Origin: a virus
DNA: 64,000 nucleotides
Direction: 5' to 3' (one strand)
Virus record (IMG/VR): IMGVR_UViG_3300040801_003693
Location: 1 to 64,000 of that record
Of the stretch, positions 38,966 through 48,409 are shown piece after piece. How positions within the stretch are numbered: position 1 is the stretch's first letter; each line of letters opens with the position of its first letter. The notes under the pieces are model-generated. The model was not told the origin of the DNA. It saw only the letters and a list, made by a program, of their open reading frames with translations, and ran no database searches. Position numbers and translations under genes: made by a program.

Positions 38966-41050
38966 TTATTTCAATCTAACTGTTGCTTGTTCTGCTACAG
39001 TATGACTGGTGTTAGGATATAGTTTGCGGAATAATCTTGGTACGCTTTTGATACACTCTAAATTCTTAGGATTTTTCACCCAAGACATTAGTGCATCAAT
39101 ACTCAAGAAGTTACAAAGATCGCCGTCGTCATCTCCGTTGTTACCTCCGTACCACTCGATTGCAGGCACCGTCAGACAAGCTTTAGCAACTAACTGTTTA
39201 TCCCTAACGATGTCAGGAAACTCGCAGTATTCTGTTGCAGGACCAACTATTTTAACTACTGCAAATAAATAGCTGGGATTTGGGTTACGCCATACTAATA
39301 GACGCTTACCTTGAAGCTTGCCAGCCCAAGGATCGTTGGAAGCAAGATAAACCTCACCTTCAGTTACCCAACTGGCTTCAATACCACGAACCTTCATCGT
39401 GTATACCCGCTTACCACTCTTAGTAGCGTTCTTTAGCGGAGTGTTTCTCCCTTCCCCAAACTCGTCGTCTCCTACTACGCTCTGCTTGCAACAGCTAACG
39501 TAAATGTTCAACAACTGGTCTCGGGTAGAAGTCCAGTCTTTTGGACGGTCATCAGGATGTACACCATAATGTCTTATGATATCCACAATACACTTAGCAA
39601 CTAAATTTACACCTCCTTCGGGAGTTAATCCCATGATTTTTGCTAACTCAGTAGAAACCCAAACATCATAACCACCCCCATGAGTAATTACTAAATTGTT
39701 TGGTGCAGCTTTTAAAATACTGCTAATAGAAGACGCATCCTCAAATTCAACGTAGTTTTTATCAGTCCAATAAGTAGCTCCCTTGGGAGTTTTCTCATAG
39801 GCAACGTCGAGAAGAATTGACATCTCCCTTTCGTTCTGATAGCCTGTAGCTTTTAAAGCCAAGCCTAAATCGTTATTGATATTATGGATGGACTGCAAAC
39901 CTTCCCAATAAATCTTACCGGAACCGTTAGAAGAACGGTTTTCCTCAGTCAAAGACAGTTCAGTTGTAGTATGATGCATACCAAAGATTGCGTCTCCGGT
40001 AATAAACATATAGTTTCCACAAAACGAAACGTTCTGTTTCCCCTCATACTGCTTTTTAAGAACAGTAATAAATTCGTCACGGAAGTAACGAACTCCTACA
40101 ACTTTACGAGTTGAAGCGTCAATGAACTGATTAATTTCTCCGATTTGCTTATTGGTAGGAAATGAAGTAATACCAGATGCTCCTTCTACATCTACTTCAC
40201 GAATCTTCATTACCGAACTTTCTCCAGTCATGCAGTACTTAGTGGAAGCCCAAAGCTGTTTAGAAATTTGAGAACCTTTGATTCCCTCCGAACCAACAGC
40301 AACTTTTACGTGGGGTATACGTACAGCAGTTTCGTTCAGAATATTTTGAACGTTTGTAAAATGTTCCCCGATAGATTCGTAGAGTACGAACCCACCATAA
40401 TCCATTAAATCCTCCAAGTTTTTACAAATTGGATTGGGAACAAAACACATTTTGGCAGCTTCACCCGCAACTTTTTGGTTATTGCAGTTACGTGTAATAT
40501 GCTTACCAATGACGCGCAATCTTAACTGACCGCTGGAACTACCCTTCTCAAAATCTAAATCAGTATATTTTATTTGTGGCAACGCTGTAATTAGGAATTC
40601 AAAATCTTCTCCTTTACTATATTGAGCGGCGTTAACAAATGTTCCCGTACCCAATAAGTCTTCTTGAAATATTTTGTCCCCTGGCTTTAATACGTCACCA
40701 ACACGTACCAAATACTTGATACGTGAGCGAACTGCTTTAAGTCTTTCATCCCACTCCATCTTCGGATCTAAATTCCAAACAGAAAGTTGAAACTTAAGAT
40801 TTGCCTCGATTTCATGAAATTCAGTACCAGCAAAGTACACTGACCCAGATACTCCAGGATTTAAAATCGCTTGCAGGTTATAAGAAATAACTGTGCTTCT
40901 ATGTGCCCCCTTCTGACACACAGTCTCTTCTTCAGACTCAAATACTATTGGTGCTTCAACCCCAATGGTACTTTGTGTTGCGGATAATCTGTTGAGACCA
41001 TCTGCTAATTGAGCAGCGGATAAAGAAGCGATTTGTTTGATGTAGCTCAT
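38966..41050 (-). CDS. compact single-chain two-barrel RNA polymerase-like protein
   Basis: LLVWRNPN...NNGDDDGD (beta' RxP and DxDGD), plus beta-like VRVGDVLKPGDKIF and NQKVAGEAAK upstream. Confidence 0.7.
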   Translation of the reverse strand: MSYIKQIASLSAAQLADGLNRLSATQSTIGVEAPIVFESEEETVCQKGAHRSTVISYNLQAILNPGVSGSVYFAGTEFHEIEANLKFQLSVWNLDPKMEWDERLKAVRSRIKYLVRVGDVLKPGDKIFQEDLLGTGTFVNAAQYSKGEDFEFLITALPQIKYTDLDFEKGSSSGQLRLRVIGKHITRNCNNQKVAGEAAKMCFVPNPICKNLEDLMDYGGFVLYESIGEHFTNVQNILNETAVRIPHVKVAVGSEGIKGSQISKQLWASTKYCMTGESSVMKIREVDVEGASGITSFPTNKQIGEINQFIDASTRKVVGVRYFRDEFITVLKKQYEGKQNVSFCGNYMFITGDAIFGMHHTTTELSLTEENRSSNGSGKIYWEGLQSIHNINNDLGLALKATGYQNEREMSILLDVAYEKTPKGATYWTDKNYVEFEDASSISSILKAAPNNLVITHGGGYDVWVSTELAKIMGLTPEGGVNLVAKCIVDIIRHYGVHPDDRPKDWTSTRDQLLNIYVSCCKQSVVGDDEFGEGRNTPLKNATKSGKRVYTMKVRGIEASWVTEGEVYLASNDPWAGKLQGKRLLVWRNPNPSYLFAVVKIVGPATEYCEFPDIVRDKQLVAKACLTVPAIEWYGGNNGDDDGDLCNFLSIDALMSWVKNPKNLECIKSVPRLFRKLYPNTSHTVAEQATVRLK

Positions 41051-41101
41051 GTAATTTTCCTTTTTATGAATTCCGGATTTGTTCCGGTATGACTCAATAA
41101 A

Positions 41102-41212
41102 AAGGGGGATTAGTCAATTAACAATGACCAGTAAACAATTAACAATGAAGAATAATAGTTCTTACATTGTTTATTGTTAATTGATAATTGTTAATTGTTT
41201 ATCTTCCCCCTT
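41102..41212. repeat. STRR-like heptamer palindrome inside a terminator hairpin
   Basis: ggggg...caattaa caatgac cagtaaa caattaa caatgaa...inverted copy...ccccc. Confidence 0.85.
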
Positions 41213-41219
41213 CTAAAAA

Positions 41220-42125
41220 TTACATATTATCTAAATCACTTTCTTCCTCCGTTAATTCATTAAATAAAGACTGTATCTCTGCATCAATATATTCTATTTT
41301 TATATTTGATTCAAAGTTATTTAAATCAAGTTCTCTTGAAGATTCAATTACAGTTTCTTCTTCCTCTATTTCTAATCTCCTTTTTAGATGGTCTGTAACT
41401 TTTACTTTATTGACATAATCATTTGATTCTTCTACAACTCTTCCTTTCATTCTGTCCATAACAGAGCTAGGTCTATCTACCTTATGGATATAATCATCCC
41501 CCGGAGAGACAAGCTTTATTGCATATATCTCTGGTTTAGATATAAATACAGTAAATGCTTGGGTTGTTTTACCGTTTGCTAGTGGAATAGTTTTTAGTTC
41601 TCCTACACCTTTTGAAGAATCCGCAGATTTTACAACCATCATTTGAATCTGTAACTTCTTACGAGCAGTTACATACTCGTAAAATTTACGCCACAGATTT
41701 CCTTCTCCTTGAACGGTAGTTTTTTCTATGCCTAACATTTCTCTAATTAGAGGGGCAGAAAGATTAAACTTCCAGTTAATTGGAATCCCATGTAGCTCAG
41801 AATTATGGGATTCTAAGTTTCTAGAGATATCATCAAATTCTGTTAGTTCAATTTTTCCTTCTGAGTTGGGTTGTATTCCCCATCCTCTCCAAGAAGTTAG
41901 GAATGGAGTTTGAATTCCCGCTTTTCCTGATTTAGTTATAAACCCATTGTTTACAGTAACGGTTGTCCCACCAGTACTAGACGACTTTTGCTCCGGTCCT
42001 GATAATGATAAGGTCAGTACAAATCCGTTCTCTTTCACCCAGGAGCGATCGCACTCTTGTGTAAGGTCAACTAAGTTGTTAAAAATTTCTTGTAAAGACC
42101 ATTTACCGTTCTTTGAAATAGCCAT
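41220..42125 (-). CDS. acidic-tailed hypothetical protein, paralog of 34695..35864
   Basis: start moved to MAISK (GAGGG SD after the leader hairpin); ends EEESDLDNM. Confidence 0.7.
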   Translation of the reverse strand: MAISKNGKWSLQEIFNNLVDLTQECDRSWVKENGFVLTLSLSGPEQKSSSTGGTTVTVNNGFITKSGKAGIQTPFLTSWRGWGIQPNSEGKIELTEFDDISRNLESHNSELHGIPINWKFNLSAPLIREMLGIEKTTVQGEGNLWRKFYEYVTARKKLQIQMMVVKSADSSKGVGELKTIPLANGKTTQAFTVFISKPEIYAIKLVSPGDDYIHKVDRPSSVMDRMKGRVVEESNDYVNKVKVTDHLKRRLEIEEEETVIESSRELDLNNFESNIKIEYIDAEIQSLFNELTEEESDLDNM

Positions 42126-42465
42126 AGTATATCCCTCTTTTTTATTTGCTCTAGACTTGTCAAATAAAAAGGGAACGGATTTTATGTTTGTCTTCATAAT
42201 AAAAACTATCTGGGTAGCAGCGTTATCTGTCGCTGTATTAATAAGTAATTTATTTGTTAGTCTTTTATACTTGTTTTTTGTAACAAAGAACAACTAGCAA
42301 TATTACTTAAATATTTTTATTATTTACTCAGATAATTTTATTCCTGTGTATGTATACTTAAGTATGTATACTTTTTATGTATTTTAAACTTCAATATTTA
42401 AGTAGGGGTATAGAATACTTATGGAACGAATTATTTTATACCTCACTCACATTATATTAAATTTT

Positions 42466-42915
42466 CTATATAAAAGAATAAGCCCAAAGGAGTATATTTA
42501 GTTCGTTTGCACGTAATAGTTTTGGGTCTATGTAAGCTTGCGAACAAGATCTCATCTCTACTCTTTCTGCGTGTTCTCCTCCTAAGTAAACACATATATT
42601 TTTACCTTCAGCTTTTGCAAAATTTATTTTACCGCAAGCATCTTCTCCAAAAGGAGATTTGCTTTTATACGAAGATGGTAAATAACAACTTACTACCCAA
42701 TTTGCTTCATCAGCAGCAAATCTAAATTGCTCAAAGTCTTCATGATGAATAAAGACCATTACTCCTATCTCCCCCGTCTCTAAATTTTTTACTCCTAGTT
42801 CACAATATTCTTTCCCCTTGGCAGGATAAAAATATTTACCTACCACTACTTGAAACTTTTTAATTTCTGAAGTTACATTGATGCGATTGTTTTTGATCTC
42901 GTTAAATAATTTCAT
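42466..42915 (-). CDS. cassette protein, hypothetical
   Basis: 149 aa with its own leader. Confidence 0.65.
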   Translation of the reverse strand: MKLFNEIKNNRINVTSEIKKFQVVVGKYFYPAKGKEYCELGVKNLETGEIGVMVFIHHEDFEQFRFAADEANWVVSCYLPSSYKSKSPFGEDACGKINFAKAEGKNICVYLGGEHAERVEMRSCSQAYIDPKLLRANELNILLWAYSFI

Positions 42916-42978
42916 TTCTTTTCTTTGTATTATTTGTACAAAGAAAAAGGGGAGACATTGCCCCCTAATTAATATAAA

Positions 42979-43464
42979 TTAGATATCTAAATATTTTTCA
43001 ATTTGATAATCTTTTTTTAAACAATATTCATTTTTCATCACATCTTGAATTAGTTCTGACATTAAATAAATATTATTCTGATTGCTGAATGCTTGAGCTT
43101 CTTCTAACCACAAACTTTTCTTATAATTACTCTCAATAAAAGGAGTTATTTCTTGCGAAGAAAAAGTTATCTTTTTGTTGTTTCTTAAGAGAAAGTATTG
43201 GAATGCATGAATTAATTCATGCAGAAAAGTTGAGTATGAAGGTCTACGATATAAAAATATCGTCCCAATATAGTCCTCAAACTTTTCCCAGTTTTGAATA
43301 AACTTACCGTTTAAGTTATTTTTAATATAACTAGTATTAATTTTTATTCTAAACTGATAATTTGTTAAATAATAAATATCAGCTAGCAAGTTTATCTCAT
43401 CCTTATTTAAACATCTACAATCCAAAGAAATATGTACAAAATCTAAAGAATGTTCGTTAGCCAT
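42979..43464 (-). CDS. cassette family A: HExxH zincin-like metalloprotein
   Basis: TFLHELIHAFQ...EEAQAFSNQ. Confidence 0.7.
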   Translation of the reverse strand: MANEHSLDFVHISLDCRCLNKDEINLLADIYYLTNYQFRIKINTSYIKNNLNGKFIQNWEKFEDYIGTIFLYRRPSYSTFLHELIHAFQYFLLRNNKKITFSSQEITPFIESNYKKSLWLEEAQAFSNQNNIYLMSELIQDVMKNEYCLKKDYQIEKYLDI

Positions 43465-43535
43465 GTTAAATCCTTTTGTATTTTGGTTACAAAAGAAAAG
43501 GGGGCAATGCCCCCAGTAATACTGTTAAACTTTCC

Positions 43536-44396
43536 TTAACTTTCTATTTGTTTCTGGATAGAACTTCTAAACTGCAATGGTATACTATCCAAATGTTTTG
43601 TGGCTAATTCTTTGGCAAAATCTAAATCAATGTTATTTTGCCTACAATATTTTTGTATTGGTTTGTCATGATATTCTTTGACAATTCTAGAATTATAGGA
43701 TAACGCTTTACCATTACCTACTGTTCCTAAATACAAAGCTACAAAATCATTTTTTCTGTTTGGTTTTCCAGACAATCTAAAAGCCCAAGATTGTTTGGGA
43801 TATAGTAAATTGTATTTTGGAATTTTACTGTAGACATCTGGTCGAGGTTGATTCATTGCTAACCTAGCATAACAAGGGTCTATATTCAAAGACTTGAAAT
43901 CCTTTTTAAATTCTTTTGAATTTATATTTCTACTTATATCAAAAGCTCTTACTCCTCCGGGGGTAAGATATACTTTCCATAAACTATTATGTTGTTTTGT
44001 ATAAGCAATAAGTCTTTTGTAAACATCCCCAACATTCTTGATTGTGATGCTAGTTGGATGATGAGTGTCTTCTGGAAAATCCCAGTCTCCCATTGGAATA
44101 GAAGAAGTAGAAACAAACTCTACAAATTTACCTTTTGGTAATCCACATATTTCTTCCCCTACCCGTTTTCTGCTTGGTATCCATTCTACTCTGTATATTA
44201 CTCCGGGTTCCAATAACTTTCTTGGAACTGCTACATCGGCAGGTGTTAAAAAATGATTAAATTTGATACTATTTTTTATTTTATATTTTCTATTTTCGTA
44301 AATGTGTTGAGATAATGAATAAGCGGTGTTTATAACCTTGTGGTCAAGATTGTTGTTTATGATTTGGTTCGCATTAATTAAAAAGTTGTAGCTCAT
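43536..44396 (-). CDS. cassette protein, possible AEP/primase-like fold
   Basis: start moved to MSYNF; MGDWD, YLTPGGVR, IDPCY, RLSGKP resemble AEP motifs I-III. Confidence 0.45.
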   Translation of the reverse strand: MSYNFLINANQIINNNLDHKVINTAYSLSQHIYENRKYKIKNSIKFNHFLTPADVAVPRKLLEPGVIYRVEWIPSRKRVGEEICGLPKGKFVEFVSTSSIPMGDWDFPEDTHHPTSITIKNVGDVYKRLIAYTKQHNSLWKVYLTPGGVRAFDISRNINSKEFKKDFKSLNIDPCYARLAMNQPRPDVYSKIPKYNLLYPKQSWAFRLSGKPNRKNDFVALYLGTVGNGKALSYNSRIVKEYHDKPIQKYCRQNNIDLDFAKELATKHLDSIPLQFRSSIQKQIES

Positions 44397-44458
44397 GGCT
44401 TTTTCTTTGTATTGTTTAGTACAAAGAAAAAGGGGCATAAGCCCCCAATAGAAATTAA

Positions 44459-44824
44459 TTACAGCAATTCTATTACTGAATACTTGTTGTTCATAACCAG
44501 TAACCAAGATGGATGTGATTGCAAACTTTTCATAAACCAATCTCTAACTTTTTCCCATCCAGGGAAGTAAGATAGGTTTTCACTTATCTCCCAGTATTTA
44601 TGTATTTCATACCATGAGTATCCTATCAAACCTAACTGAAAGGATATTATAAGAATCTCTTCCCCCGGAGAGACACCTAGTTTGGTATAGATATGTGTAG
44701 CATCATGAACTTCTTCGCTACGCAGTTTTGTTTTATCCCAGTCATACTGAGCATCTAATCCATTGCGATCGCGAAACTGTTTAGCTAATTTTGCAACGTG
44801 TTTCTTTGCTTGACGATTATTCAT
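44459..44824 (-). CDS. cassette family B: HDxxH-x10-E (Coq4-like motif) protein
   Basis: HDATHIYTKLGVSPGEE. Confidence 0.7.
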   Translation of the reverse strand: MNNRQAKKHVAKLAKQFRDRNGLDAQYDWDKTKLRSEEVHDATHIYTKLGVSPGEEILIISFQLGLIGYSWYEIHKYWEISENLSYFPGWEKVRDWFMKSLQSHPSWLLVMNNKYSVIELL

Positions 44825-44888
44825 TTAAATTTCTCCTTAGTTGGAAGTGAGTCAACTAAGAAGAAAAAAGGGAGTATGAATAAATCAA

Positions 44889-44972
44889 CTATCTATACGC
44901 ACAATCATTATTATTTTTCATCTTCAAACTCATTATTCCATCTGAACAAAATCTTATTTTATAATTCTTCAT
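44889..44972 (-). CDS. 27-aa micro-cassette ORF (not in ORF track)
   Basis: MKNYKIRFCSDGIMSLKMKNNNDCAYR* preceded by AAGGAAAAATA and a leader-type hairpin. Confidence 0.45.
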   Translation of the reverse strand: MKNYKIRFCSDGIMSLKMKNNNDCAYR

Positions 44973-45048
44973 TATTTTTCCTTTTTGAGTTGAGTACCTT
45001 CTAAAGCTAAAAGGGAGTATTCTTTTAGCAGAAACGTTGGGCTTGACT

Positions 45049-45549
45049 TCAACAGAAACAGACCTTATTGCTTATCCTTTTTCTAAACAAATTGCTAATA
45101 TTTTTAAAGAAGTTGTCAGCTACTTCTACTACAGGTAATTCAATGTTGCCTATCAATACCATTCTCTCCCAGGAGGAAAGAACTAATCCAAGAAAGCTTT
45201 TGAATAAAGCTATAACATAATCTATATTATGTTCGTTGCTATATGCTTGAGCTTCTATTTCCCAATTACGTTTGTTGTAGTAGTTTTTAATCTCCTTGGT
45301 TATTTTTCCTTTGATGTTTAATTCTATACCCAGATTTTTATCTAAGTAATCTTGAAGTGCGTGTATTGCTTCATGAACAAATGTTGTCCAGGAAGTTTTC
45401 TTTTTGAGGATTATACTTTTAATTGAATGATCGTAACAGCCTTGGATTCTTTTATCTTTCATTACTATATCTTTCCACTCTACTGATACACCTATTTTGC
45501 GTACTAGTTTTAGCAAGGTATTTAGTTTTGTTTTAGGTAAATTTTTCAT
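45049..45549 (-). CDS. cassette family A: HExxH zincin-like metalloprotein
   Basis: start moved to MKNLPK; QGCYD...TFVHEAIHALQ...EIEAQAYSNE. Confidence 0.75.
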   Translation of the reverse strand: MKNLPKTKLNTLLKLVRKIGVSVEWKDIVMKDKRIQGCYDHSIKSIILKKKTSWTTFVHEAIHALQDYLDKNLGIELNIKGKITKEIKNYYNKRNWEIEAQAYSNEHNIDYVIALFKSFLGLVLSSWERMVLIGNIELPVVEVADNFFKNISNLFRKRISNKVCFC

Positions 45550-45739
45550 TGTCTTTTCCTTTGTATTATTTGTACAAAGAAAAAGGGAGAAGTTTACTGG
45601 AGAGAATATCTTCCTAGTAAACTTCGGAGGAAACATATCTTAATAATTTAGAAAGAAATACCTTTGGGTTGAACGATTTACTTATAGAGAGTATTTATGT
45701 TAAGTTGGTAGGAAATAAAATATTATCTAAATAAGGATC

Positions 45740-45904
45740 ATGATTGGTTTTCTTATCTACTTAGCATTGATATTTTTATTGACTACAATTATTACTCCAA
45801 TTTGTAGTAGTACAATAGACGTTTTTTGGAAAGATATACTCATTGGAATTATTGTAGGAATAGTCTCTATTGTTGGATATTTGAAAGGAAAGGATGTTTT
45901 CTAA
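45740..45904 (+). CDS. 54-aa two-TM membrane peptide, antisense to the array (not in ORF track)
   Basis: TAAGGA-tc-ATG; MIGFLIYLALIFLLTTII...DILIGIIVGIVSIVGYLKGKDVF*; followed by a bidirectional hairpin at about 45914-45933. Confidence 0.55.
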   Translation: MIGFLIYLALIFLLTTIITPICSSTIDVFWKDILIGIIVGIVSIVGYLKGKDVF

Positions 45905-45944
45905 ATTATATATAAAAGGGGATTATCCCCTTTTATATATAATT

Positions 45945-46367
45945 TTACATTAAACAAGCTTGAACTGAACCTAGAATAGCCGTTAGTTTTTTAGATTCTT
46001 GAGTTGTACCTTGACGACACTTCTCAAATAAATCTTGAAATGAAACTGTGTTTAGTAATTCAAAAGAATAACCAGTAACAGAAACTAACATAGACTCTTC
46101 TACGTTCTTTTTCAACAAGTCAATCCAAGCCACATTTTCAGAATGCAATTCGTAGTAGTCTACAGGTTCTAATGAAGAGACTAAATAATCTACTGTAGCA
46201 GACCAAGTTGCGGACATATCACTAATGCTGAAGATTAAATTATCTCCATCCCAACGGAATGAAGATACTTCAATCGGCAATGACATATCTACTTTTATAG
46301 GTAGTCCTTCTACCATTACAGTAGTAGACAAACTATTTGCAGGATTAACAAATACTAAATCAAACAT
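45945..46367 (-). CDS. cassette family D hypothetical protein
   Basis: MFDLVFVNPANSLSTTVMVEGLP...WDGDNL. Confidence 0.7.
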   Translation of the reverse strand: MFDLVFVNPANSLSTTVMVEGLPIKVDMSLPIEVSSFRWDGDNLIFSISDMSATWSATVDYLVSSLEPVDYYELHSENVAWIDLLKKNVEESMLVSVTGYSFELLNTVSFQDLFEKCRQGTTQESKKLTAILGSVQACLM

Positions 46368-46443
46368 GGATTTCTCCTTTATGAATTAAAGTTCAATAAA
46401 GAAGAAAAAGGGGGAGCGATAATACTCCCCAGCTTTCATAACC

Positions 46444-46830
46444 CTAAGCTTTATATGTCATTACTTCTATATACATATCCCTGTTTCTCTTTGAAGGGTT
46501 TGAGTTGTATGTAAAATCGTTTTGATGTATTTTGCTAGAGACAAATCCTAACTTCTCATACACACTCTTTCTATAATTCTCTCCTCCATCCAGACTATGA
46601 GCCTGACAAAAGATTGAATCATATTGATTTTTTTTAATAAACTCATTCCACTTACTATAAAGAAACTTACTTATGTAATATCTTTCTTTCTTAGAAAGAT
46701 AAGGATTAAAGTCAAAACTATTGTTTACTTTAAATTGAACGGAATAAACGCCTTCGCTAACTAAAGTAAATGTAATCTCAACTATGTTTCCTAAAATATC
46801 TTTCTCAAAAGTAATTTGTTTTAAATGCAT
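46444..46830 (-). CDS. cassette family C: GNAT-like small protein
   Basis: FKVNNSFD...CQAH..DGGENYRKSVYEKLGF. Confidence 0.65.
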   Translation of the reverse strand: MHLKQITFEKDILGNIVEITFTLVSEGVYSVQFKVNNSFDFNPYLSKKERYYISKFLYSKWNEFIKKNQYDSIFCQAHSLDGGENYRKSVYEKLGFVSSKIHQNDFTYNSNPSKRNRDMYIEVMTYKA

Positions 46831-46860
46831 TGCAACCCTTTTATTATTGACGAATAAACA

Positions 46861-46941
46861 TCAATAAAAAGGGCGACATTTGACACGGGAGGCAATTTCA
46901 GGAGGAAGATTCTTCCTGAAAGGTCTGATATCCTTTTTCAT
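46861..46941 (-). CDS. 26-aa micro-cassette ORF (not in ORF track)
   Basis: MKKDIRPFRKNLPPEIASRVKCRPFY* with a complete canonical leader at 46942-46981. Confidence 0.5.
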   Translation of the reverse strand: MKKDIRPFRKNLPPEIASRVKCRPFY

Positions 46942-46999
46942 TTTCTTGAATTAAACATCAAGAAAAAAGGGATTGCTCCCTTAATTCATAAATAATTAT

Positions 47000-47428
47000 T
47001 TATAGTCCACCATACACACACTCAATAGTCTCTTCTTGACAAGGAGTTCTAGGTGCGAAGGCAATAGTAAGTATTGGAAAAGTCAGTACTAATACTATTA
47101 TGAGAACCTGTAATATAAAACCTTTACTCCATATAGACTCTGGAGCATAAGTTAATATTTCAGGTTCGCTTGCCCAACCCTCAGAGGGAACTGGTTGATG
47201 ATCGACCAACTCCGGCTCTAAAAGTTGTATGAGGTACTGTAAGGTGTGAACCCATGCCTCACGACTTTCTTTATTTGGGTGTTCTATTTGGACAATCAAG
47301 TCGTTATTTTCCCAATGATATTCAACAATATCAATAGGTAAAGAGACTGGAACGTCAACAGGTACACCTTCAACAAAGATTGTGTTGGATAAGGACTTTT
47401 GGCAGTTGTTAAATACTAGTGTAAACAT
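47000..47428 (-). CDS. cassette family D hypothetical protein with C-terminal TM helix
   Basis: MFTLVFNNCQKSLSNTIFVEGVP; ILQVLIIVLVLTFPILTIAF. Confidence 0.7.
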   Translation of the reverse strand: MFTLVFNNCQKSLSNTIFVEGVPVDVPVSLPIDIVEYHWENNDLIVQIEHPNKESREAWVHTLQYLIQLLEPELVDHQPVPSEGWASEPEILTYAPESIWSKGFILQVLIIVLVLTFPILTIAFAPRTPCQEETIECVYGGL

Positions 47429-47501
47429 GAGATTTTTCCCTTGTAAAGTGCAATAAAAAAGGGAAAATAATAAAGGGTGATATTAAATCACCCTCTAAAA
47501 A

Positions 47502-47864
47502 TTAATTTAGAAGAAGCTGTACCTCTTTCCAAAACTCATCATCAAACTCAGGAAGTTTGTTTTTATTGTCTTTCCATACTTGAATGAAATGATTGTATTC
47601 TTCAACAATTAAAGCTTCTGGAAATATAATATTGTAATCAAACAACATTTGAATTCCACAATAAACTTTGTTCAATTCTTCATAGTCTTTATAACCCTGT
47701 TCTAAAAGAACAACCATTATTTCTTCTTTATAGGAAGGACCTAAATTGAAGAACACATGAACCATATCATGCTTTATTGCCTGCAATACTTTTGGAACTG
47801 ATAAGTTGTGCTTTTCCAACCACACTTTATAATCAGCAACAAAATACATAGCGTCAGTAGTCAT
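47502..47864 (-). CDS. cassette family B: HDxxH protein
   Basis: HDMVHVFFNLGPSYKEE. Confidence 0.7.
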   Translation of the reverse strand: MTTDAMYFVADYKVWLEKHNLSVPKVLQAIKHDMVHVFFNLGPSYKEEIMVVLLEQGYKDYEELNKVYCGIQMLFDYNIIFPEALIVEEYNHFIQVWKDNKNKLPEFDDEFWKEVQLLLN

Positions 47865-47931
47865 TATAATTTTCCTTTGTTAGTAGAAATCAACAAAAGA
47901 AAAAAGGGAGACATTGCTCCCCCTCATTTAT

Positions 47932-48351
47932 TTATCTAAGACTGTTTAGAAACGCTTCCCTTCTTTCTACATAAAAGTTAAACTCATTGACAAATCTCCA
48001 AGGTATTTCTACCACTTTGTCATATAAAAACAGTACGTGCTTTTTGATAAACATATACTGCTCTTGAGTTAAGACTTCCCCTTTGCTTTCTATTTTATAG
48101 AAGTCATTTACATAATCATATGAAATAACATTTTCCATGCCATAATTTTGGGCGTACTCTATAAGAGATACTACTGTCTCTCCAAAAGGAGAAACACCCA
48201 TGTCGCAAAGAGTATGCATCATATCATGATACAAAAATCTATTATCCCCAGCAGGGATTTGAAGGTTATGCTTTTCAATCCAGTCGTAGTAGCACTGCAC
48301 TACTTCCAATACATCATTGTCTTTAACTAGATTAAATTTTGCGTTAGTCAT
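47932..48351 (-). CDS. cassette family B: HDxxH protein
   Basis: HDMMHTLCDMGVSPFGE. Confidence 0.7.
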   Translation of the reverse strand: MTNAKFNLVKDNDVLEVVQCYYDWIEKHNLQIPAGDNRFLYHDMMHTLCDMGVSPFGETVVSLIEYAQNYGMENVISYDYVNDFYKIESKGEVLTQEQYMFIKKHVLFLYDKVVEIPWRFVNEFNFYVERREAFLNSLR

Positions 48352-48409
48352 TGCTTTTCTTGAAGATAAACATCAAGAAAAAAGGGCGACAATTAAGCCG
48401 CCTTTAAAA

